DNA of 43,893 nucleotides from Octopus bimaculoides (taxonomy: Eukaryota): assembly GCF_001194135.2 (NCBI RefSeq), contig NC_068988.1, forward strand, positions 37,360,685-37,404,577, given 5' to 3'. The notes below the pieces were generated by a model. It was given only the letters and a program-made list of their open reading frames with translations, was not told where the DNA came from and made no database searches. Of this stretch, positions 35,352 through 43,893 are shown piece after piece; the first letter of the stretch is position 1; the number at the start of each line of letters is the position of its first letter. A program made the position numbers and the translations under genes.

Positions 35352-35990
35352 TATGGTGAGCTTGCAGAGGGGAAACGCTATAGGCGTAAACCTACAAAAA
35401 GGTTTAAGGACGGCATAAGGACTACTATGCAGTCACTTGGAATGGATCCAGAAGACATAGAAACCTTTGCTTAGATTGAGTTGGATGACGAACAAAAGTG
35501 TGGAGTGAAAACATTTGAAGAGGCTAGAATAACGCATGTAAAACTCAAAAGAGATCTAAGGAAGAATGTTACTATCGAATGTTACTATCGAAAAGGTGAA
35601 TGACAATGCCCTTCTTGTGTGCACAGTTTGTGACAAACTATGCCTGTCTTTTACTGGACTCAAATCTCATCTGCGAACCCATGGAAAACGAACCTCTACC
35701 AACTATTCTGCCTATATATCTGTGCACACCTTTGAATGCAGTGTATGCATGGAGGTTTGCAAATCTAATGGAGGCCTCAAAAGACATTTTAAGATCCGCA
35801 AAGATCAGTACTTATCTGCAGCTTTTGGTAGTCCAAATCGGATGTGCAATCTATGTGGGTCTCTTTTCAGAACATTGTCTGGTTTAAAAAAGCCAAACCA
35901 GATGCCATGTTGGTGCTAAGGTGTAGGTACAGGATGTGGTCAAACTCTGCATAAGGAGTAGACAACTACCATATGTATATATCATATATA
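35352..35990 (+). mobile_element. 5'-truncated RTE-clade LINE 3' end with three C2H2-type zinc-finger motifs
   Basis: YGELAEGKRYRRKPTKRFKDGIRTTMQSLGMDPEDIE...GVKTFEEARITHVKLKRDLRK (RTE C-terminus), then CTVCDKLCLSFTGLKSHLRTH, CSVCMEVCKSNGGLKRHFKIR and CNLCGSLFRTLSGLK. Confidence 0.85.
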
Positions 35991-36316
35991 TGTACAATTG
36001 CGTACATCAATGAAGATGTATACATAAGTATATCATTTATGTATATATACAGGTATATATATANNNNNNNNNNNNNNNNNNNNNNNNNNNNNNNNNNNNN
36101 NNNNNNNNNNNNNNNNNNNNNNNNNNNNNNNNNNNNNNNNNNNNNNNNNNNNNNNNNNNNNNNNNNNNNNNNNNNNNNNNNNNNNNNNNNNNNNNNNNNN
36201 NNNNNNNNNNNNNNNNNNNNNNNNNNNNNNNNNNNNNNNNNNNNNNNNNNNNNNNNNNNNNNNNNNNNNNNNNNNNNNNNNNNNNNNNNNNNNNNNNNNN
36301 NNNNNNNNNNNNNNNN

Positions 36317-36393
<77 letters not shown>

Positions 36394-36555
36394 TGTATGA
36401 GTTAGAGGTTATGTAACCATCTAAGCGATATTAAATGTCCAATATACTACTGGCTGTATAGTTACGTATTTATATCCAAGTGCTTACTTTTGCAGGGCAG
36501 TATCGCAATTGAATACTAGGTATGGGTGGGGTAAATCAGAAATTTACGCACCATT

Positions 36556-36893
36556 TATAAGGCAAACAAGAAAATGGAGAGGATAAACAATCGATAAATA
36601 TCAGCGTATAAACATTCAGTTATATCTATTCATTAATTGATTAAAATCATATGTGTAAGTGATCCAAATAAATGAATGAAATAAGCAAATAAATAAATAT
36701 ATACATAAAAATAAACGAATAAGGATATTCTTATTCGTTCATTTTTATGTATATATTTATCTGCTTATTTCATTCATTTATATTGATCACTTACACATAT
36801 GATTTTAATCAATTAATAAATAGATATAATTAAATGTTTACAGGCTGATGAATGTCGATTGCTTATCATCTCCATTTTCTTATTTGCCTTATA
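36556..36893. repeat. Spacer-less AT-rich palindrome (~338 bp), TA-flanked fold-back MITE candidate
   Basis: tataaggcaaacaagaaaatggaga...aataag GATATT cttatt...tctccattttcttatttgccttata; arms complementary along the full length with some mismatches. Confidence 0.9.
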
Positions 36894-37109
36894 TATATAT
36901 ATATATATATATATATNNNNNNNNNNNNNNNNNNNNNNNNNNNNNNNNNNNNNNNNNNNNNNNNNNNNNNNNNNNNNNNNNNNNNNNNNNNNNNNNNNNN
37001 NNNNNNNNNNNNNNNNNNNNNNNNNNNNNNNNNNNNNNNNNNNNNNNNNNNNNNNNNNNNNNNNNNNNNNNNNNNNNNNNNNNNNNNNNNNNNNNNNNNN
37101 NNNNNNNAT

Positions 37110-37258
37110 ATATATTACTCTTTTACTTGTTTCAGTCTTTTGACTGTGGCCATGCTGGAGCACCGCCTTTTTAGTCGAGCAAATCGACCCCAGGACTTAT
37201 TCTTTAGAAGCCTAGTACTTATTCTATCGGTCTCTTTTTGCCGAACCGCTAAGTAAGG
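37110..37258 (-). mobile_element. SINE family B 3' part
   Basis: 'tactcttttacttgtttcagtctttgactgtggccatgctggagcaccgcc...gccgaaccgctaagt' is the reverse complement of 27440-27575. Confidence 0.85.
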
Positions 37259-38900
37259 GGTGAGGTAAAAGTAAGGGAGTAAAGAAGTTTATAGGTTCGC
37301 GTAAGCGCACCAATCAGTACATTCGCCTATATTTATATACTAAAAACACCCTCGCTTTAACCACACACATGCTCACCCACATACTCGCCAAAGACTATAC
37401 ATATATGTACATATGCATATATATATATACACGCATACACATCCACACTCACACACACACAACAACCCCGCACCCATACACACGCACGCAATTCTTTTTT
37501 TCTATAGGGCTAAAAGCAAAAAAAAAAATTTTCGTGCGTGTCGATATCATCTCCCCTGATACATTACCGGTTCTAAATTTATCTCAGAGGTATGAAAAGC
37601 AACGCTGACCTCGGTTAGATTTAAACTCAGAACGTAAAGTGCCGGAAGAAATGCCAGAAGGCACTTTCCCTACACTTAAATAATTCTGCCACTCCATCAC
37701 CTTCGAGACCGAATCAATAGCTCAATGTAAATAAAACTGATTATACGTATGTATGTGGTCATTGGCGATAAAACGGCTGGGATGCTGTTGGTAGTACGAA
37801 TTATTTCGATGGAGAACCAGAAATTTCAAATCCTTGCCAGTTTTTTTATTAATAAAAAAGTAAAATAAATCAATAATTTTGTTGGCAAGTATCATATAAC
37901 TGTGTATACATCTATGGTCATTATTGATTATTTTCACGATTATAAAAGTATTTTAGTAATACAAGAATAAGTAAGGTTTATATTTCGTATTTATATATTT
38001 ATTGTAGGAGGGGGAAATTAGTTCTGTGTATATACCGTAAGAATATTCGAATTAGTTTTAAAAGCTTAGAAAGGGCTATTAATAGCATTATAAAAGAAAA
38101 TTATTATCCTATAATTTGTTTAATAACCTGTAAATAATAACTAATGTCCGCTTTACTTGAGCAAAGAGTTAGTTACTTGATAATGGCAATGGTAGTGGTG
38201 TTGGTGGTGGTGGTGGTGGTGATGGTGGTGGAAGTAGTGGAGGTTGTAGTAGGGTAGTTATGTTAATTTTTGTAAAAACAATTTTTTACAATACTGATAG
38301 GTTTTTAAGCGTAAAACAAAAATTATGTAGTATATGAAGAAATGGCTTAAGAAGTCATTTCTTAAAATTATTTTGTAGATATGCTATCAATATTTTCGAC
38401 AAACAACTAGCTTGCTCGATATGAGATTCACTTATCTCCATGTCAACCGGGAATAGGTGGGGAGGGAGGTGGAACTATGATGTTGTTCTTTTGGCAGTGA
38501 AGGGAAGGCAGTATTTATTTGTTGGTGGCCTTAACGAAAGATGTGTAGTGGACCAGATTGAAAGGGATGAAGAGATATACTTTCCTCTTTGGCGAAGCCC
38601 TCATCAAACTTTTCAAGTGACACGTGAAAAGGAATGTGAGATTTCAGATGTAAGTGCTACTTCCCAGCAGCTTTTTCATGGGGGGNNNNNNNNNNNNNNN
38701 NNNNNNNNNNNNNNNNNNNNNNNNNNNNNNNNNNNNNNNNNNNNNNNNNNNNNNNNNNNNNNNNNNNNNNNNNNNNNNNNNNNNNNNNNNNNNNNNNNNN
38801 NNNNNNNNNNNNNNCCTGTAATCACACATCATATTGTTTTGTATTGTCTCCAATGGTTTTTGAGAAACCTAAGGAGTAAATGCAGAAAGTATTATCATCA

Positions 38901-38950
<50 letters not shown>

Positions 38951-39218
38951 GAGTGTGAGAGCAGGCATGCCATCAACGTGACACTGGGGTACAAATATAC
39001 GAAGCCCAATTTACCCATCATGACTACCCGTCTGATAAGGATGCACCAGGAACATGCATCACAACCACATGTGTGCGACATGGTGATCTCATATCAAGAT
39101 AAACAGCGCATNNNNNNNNNNAGCGCATGACCTTGCAGGGGGGGGAGCAATTAGAATTTTCTTCAGGTGGTGTAGCCCATACCATTCAAAAAGTCCCTGA
39201 ATAAGGTTTGTTTTAGGG
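38951..39218 (-). mobile_element. Truncated second copy of the 9994-10500 repeat
   Basis: Direct homology to 9994-10245; contains a 10-N gap. Confidence 0.7.
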
Positions 39219-39224
39219 ATGAAA

Positions 39225-39710
39225 CATTGAAGATTGCGACGAAAAGCGGGAGTGAAGAAGAAGGTGGTGCGGCATTTTGCACGAGGACTTGCCCGTCCCT
39301 CCACAACAGGAAGAAGAAGAATAAGAAGAAGAATGATGAAAAACAGAAAGAAGGCGAGAGGAGGAAGGAGTAAAGTCTTCCTCACTACATGGGAGTAGTA
39401 CCAGCAGCAGTGGTGGAAGCTTCAGTAGCAGGAGCAACAACAACAACAGCAGCAGCAGCAGCAACAACTACAAGAGAACAAGACCAAGCAACACGAGAAG
39501 AAAACATGCAAGACACGGCCTCCTCCACGCATCCAAGTGATGATGAGAGAGAAGTCCAAGAAGCAAAACGAAAAACAAGAAACTGACACAGAAAAAAAGG
39601 GAGAAATCCAAAAGACGACAAGCACAGAAACACTGATGACAACGCCAACACTACAAGCACCATAATCACCACCACCATCACAAACACCCACAACAGAATC
39701 AAAAACAATA
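39225..39710. repeat. Low-complexity purine-rich and trinucleotide mosaic (GAA, AAC, GCA, CAC)
   Basis: Direct reading. Confidence 0.8.
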
Positions 39711-41821
39711 AAACTTTAAAAAGAAAAATGTCACTAAAACAACGACCATCCGCGCAGTTTCGTGCTAGTGAGGAAGGCCAATGAATATCGTGCTAGTGAG
39801 GAGGGACAATGAAAAGCTGATGGCTCTCATAGCACAAAACGAGAACACTAAAACAGAGGGGGAGATCTGTAGCCTCAACACTTTTAGAGTACCGGAGAGC
39901 CTAATGATGTTGCGAATGATATTAGAGACTTATACGAGCATGAAGCGAAGCTACCCGTATGACATTATCCTATTCTTATGATATATATCTTCGTTCCCCA
40001 CAAAGTTATTTTCCCCAAGTATATAGTGTCCCTCTTTCATTCCGCTTGAATCATTTTTGTTCACAGCCCTTATCGAAACCTCGATGCTTCTGTTCCTAAC
40101 TCATCTTTTTCATAGCTGTTATAATAAACCTTGTGTCAGTTTCTTATATGTAATTGTTATTACTCAAATGTATTCAGCGAAACCATAATCTATATACCAT
40201 CAAATGATAAATATTTTGTACAGTTTGAAAACCCTGCAAGCGACTTCACTGTTATTATATGCCAACCAAACCAAAATGATAAAAAAAAGTCTTCTTTACA
40301 TACTGACTACTTCAGTCAACTGAGATATTTTTTCTATATATCGAAACTATTTATTAAATTATGTACTTATATGTGTTTCTACTGTATGTCAGAGAGACTG
40401 TCCTTTATTTAGTTCACGTTCTTAGTTGTTTTATATTCCCATACAACTAAAACCTTTATTAAAATATATATTTTTTACATGTGTATACGTCTGTGCTGTA
40501 TGTATGTGTGTGTAAGTATTTATGCAGTTAGGTAGGTAAGCATAAATTTCGTTTGATGTAACGAACCAATACACCCATCAATAGTAAGATGAAAGAAGAA
40601 AAATTGTACGTTTTTACAATATGGTACAGTGCAATGAAGAAGGTCAAAACAATACATAACCAGGCTAAATATGTTGCATTGATGCCATATTATTTTTGAT
40701 TTTATAATTCTCTCATAATCGATTACTTTTACATCCTCTGTCTTCTAATCATTTTCATTTCACACTGTATTGCTTCTTTTTGCATGCTGAACCTTGTTTC
40801 TTGGTGAAATTAATCATTTTAGTTTTACTGTCTTATGAGCAGACTGTATAAAAACTATTTGCTAAAACTAGGATATATGCTTCCGCAAATTACTCCCTAT
40901 CATCCTGCGGACACACTGGATAAATTAGCCCTATGTATAAAAACACATGGGATAGTGGATTGCCTTTGGTCATAGATCTTCAAGGTTAGAGTTTCCCTGG
41001 TTCTAAATAATAACCATGTCTCTGTGAAGTATATCAGCAGTTTAAATGAATTGGTATCAACTGGAGATAGAAAGTGAGCTGCAAGCTCAGTATGGCAGAA
41101 ACACATATGTTACTACAATACAGAGCTCACCAATCATTTTATTACGATGTTGTAATAAAATCTGGTCTGATCATAAATTATAAGAAGCAGAGTATTAAGA
41201 TGTCTATAGACACATTTTATTGATTTATGGATTAGAACGCTTAGCATTCTCACTAAACTTGATAAAAAATGGGAGAGAGAGAGAACGAAATGTGAACCAG
41301 CATATACATACCGCAATGAAAATAAGCTAAAGTAAAACAAACATTCTCGTAAAAATCTGACCAAACAGATTTTGTTCAGCAGATTAGAAAGGAAGAACTA
41401 GATTTTATTTTAATGACTATTGAACATTTCCAACATAAAAAGAGATTAAATAGAGCAGTGTTAATGCGTGTAACAAAAATAGTTTTTGAATTACTTATCA
41501 CGAAAGTAGAATTACAATAGTTTAAAACATCAGATATCTCATAAATTGTAGTCCCTATAATATCTCGATCTCAATGCCACCCAATCTTTCGTATCTCAGT
41601 TATGACCCTACGAAATTAATGCCAACAATTAGTCTAGCTTACGACTAAATATTTACTATAGCAATACAGTTATAAAGACCTTTTGATTTGTAGTTCAAAT
41701 ACTTTTATATCGTAAACCTCAAGCGTATACTATTTAACATTATATACAGTTTCAACCGTTTTTCCAAACTCCTATTTACTGGATTATATTTCAATATATT
41801 TTCTTTTTTCTTCGTATATAA

Positions 41822-41878
<57 letters not shown>

Positions 41879-42409
41879 TGTGTGTGTGTGTCTGTGTGCG
41901 TGTGTGTGTGTGTGTTTGTGTGTGTGTGTTTGATTACCTCCCAAAATTATGTCCTTATCCATTTACAAGCTTACTGTTAACTTATGAATAAAATTTCTCA
42001 AATCCCCATGCTTTTGTGGCTCGCTGTTATTCCATATGTTAGAACTCTAAATTAGGTGGAATAGCATAGTGTTTAAGTTTTACATACAGTAAACGGATCT
42101 GCGTCGGCTTCGACGTTAAGAATTCAGTTGTTCGACCTGTTATTTGCTTACTGAATTAGCATGCAAGTGCTTGAATATTCCACAGACACATGTACCCATA
42201 ACGTAATTCAGAGAAAGAATTAAGGTAACACAATGTAACAAAGTTGTATCTTTGAAGTTTAGGTATAATCCATCCGACTAGCTCATGGTTTGGGTCGATC
42301 CGATGCTATAGAAAATGACACCTGCTAAAGTTATCACAGTGAAACTGAACTCGGGAGGTCTCGGTTGAGTACCAAACATCTAAACTAGTTTGCCATACCG
42401 TACCTATTT

Positions 42410-43395
42410 TAATATATGTTAGAATGAGTTCGCTCGTTTCTATAATTTATTTTAATCCTTATTTTACGTCAACAATTTTAACAGATCAGTTCAAATGTTC
42501 TTCTTCCTCATTGTTAAAGACTTCTTGCCGAAGTTCTACTAGCTTGTCAGATCCTTCACAGTAAAATCACCATGTCTTAACCCGAAGAATTCATCAAACC
42601 ACGCCTCGCAGACTACGAGAGCGATCGAAAAGTGCAATAACCTGAAAGCGCTGTATCGGAGAATGTAAAGTGTGCGATACAACTTCCAAACTGAGTTCTT
42701 GGATAGCATTCTATTTAGGGGGCGAATGTTGACGTGTTGAAGAAAAGCGTCGTATTACCGGTGGGGTCGTTTCAGTTGGCTTGCTGGATTACCTCGTTCC
42801 GCTGTTGCATTTGCCAAACGTAAAGTTCTGCATTAACAGCATAATTATTCTCAAGCATTTCGTATAGGATTAGCCTTTCCCAATCCCATCAAATGCTGAT
42901 CATTGTCTTACGTGGATACAGCTCGGGCTTCGCTCGAGATGTTACCTGTTTGCGCGTCTCAGTTATTCTTCTCTCTGTTTCACCATCTTTCATCGTCGGT
43001 AAAGTTGCGATAAAGAAATCTGTATCCAACAGTAACCTGGAGTCAAGCGAGTAAACAAGCTGAGATAGAACAGCGCTGGAATTTCTTTCTTGCGTTCAGA
43101 TTCTGTGGCACTCATACGCCGAATTTTTTGACACTATCCATTGACTGAATGTGACAGGCGACAGTATCATGAGAGGCTTCAACTGCTGGAACGTTTCCAA
43201 TCCCATCAAATGCTGATCATTGTCTTACGTGGATACAGCTCGGGCTTCGATCGAGATGTTACCTGTTTGCGCGTCTCACTTATTCTTCTCTCTGCTTCAC
43301 CATTTTTTATCGCCGGTAAAGTTGCGATAAAGAAACTTATGCGGATCCCCGTGGATGAGCTCATTCAATCTATATCCATTGAATTAAAACGGTAG
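42410..43395 (-). mobile_element. Decayed mariner with an internal duplication
   Basis: Minus strand reads NELIHGDP, KKFGV*VPQNL, FLYR, KPELYPRKTMISI*WDW, AVNAELYV, NAIQEL, FRSLS, WFDEFF...KLVE...NNEEE; stop near 42486. Confidence 0.85.
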
Positions 43396-43545
43396 GCGGA
43401 GAGCTTGTGAGTTCGAATTCTCCGTCCTGAAAGCAAAAAAAAACGAGTTCTGTACAGTTCTGTCAGTAATAGTGCCTTCTCCGTACACAGAGCAAGTGTG
43501 GCTTTGGCAGGTTTGAAACATTGATTGAATGTGTATGCGTTTCCT

Positions 43546-43604
<59 letters not shown>

Positions 43605-43893
43605 GTGTGTGTGTGCGTGTGTGTGCGTGTGTATGTATGTACGTATACTCCTCTAACTTTTACTTTTTGCAGTGATTGGATAGTGGCCATGTTAGGGCAC
43701 TGCCTTGAAGAGTTTAATCGAACAAATCAACTCCAGTTTGGTATATATTCCATTGACCCCTTTTGCCAAACCGTTAATTTGAAGGGACATAAACAAACCA
43801 AGATCGCTTATGGAGTGATGGGGAGACAAGCACAAATATAACAACCGACACACAATCACACACATACACACATGTGTATATATATATATATAT

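Larger units (their letters stand above)
11347..39121. other. Assembly gaps (N runs), mostly inside (AT)n/(TG)n tracts; the span given covers ten separate gaps
   Basis: 11347-11401, 22581-22590, 23239-23318, 25528-25840, 30925-31314, 32842-32926, 36064-36316, 36917-37107, 38686-38814, 39112-39121. Confidence 0.95.

Noticed and set aside
35566-35919. Host C2H2 zinc-finger gene
   Set aside because: The fingers are contiguous with an RTE C-terminal motif and end at a microsatellite tail; better explained as a LINE 3' end.
38400-38685. Possible PLE RT relic on the minus strand (VKATNK-like)
   Set aside because: Too decayed and cut by a gap; mentioned only as weak context.
1-43893. Dozens of ORFs rich in CV/HT/YI/MYV or poly-Y, N, L, V, H, or containing X runs
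   Set aside because: They are translations of (TG)n, (AT)n, (TATG)n, (ATT)n or (GGT)n microsatellites or of N gaps; not genes.

Overview
Eukaryotic, AT-rich, microsatellite-dense genomic DNA with about ten assembly gaps. The SINE and repeat families look like those I recall from Octopus, so a coleoid cephalopod is inferred but not proven. No host gene can be identified with confidence; there are only weak splice-site-bounded exon candidates. Almost all ORFs in the track are microsatellite or gap artefacts, or fragments of decayed transposons. The window contains several Penelope-like element (PLE) remnants, four mariner remnants, a Tc1 with long TIRs, a Tc1-type MITE, an RTE LINE 3' end with three C2H2 fingers, an RLE-type non-LTR fragment and many tRNA-derived SINEs. 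The most interesting signals are: (1) a young, TSD-flanked, near-perfect ~330-bp palindrome made of two PLE terminal repeats, each carrying a minimal hammerhead ribozyme (HHR) core; (2) four further intact or decayed HHR-like motifs, three at the ends of recognisable PLE remnants; (3) two other long fold-back hairpins; and (4) an unexplained array of short palindromes ending in a GC-rich hairpin. PLE-borne minimal hammerheads are a known class, so I see no clear evidence for a wholly new biological system.
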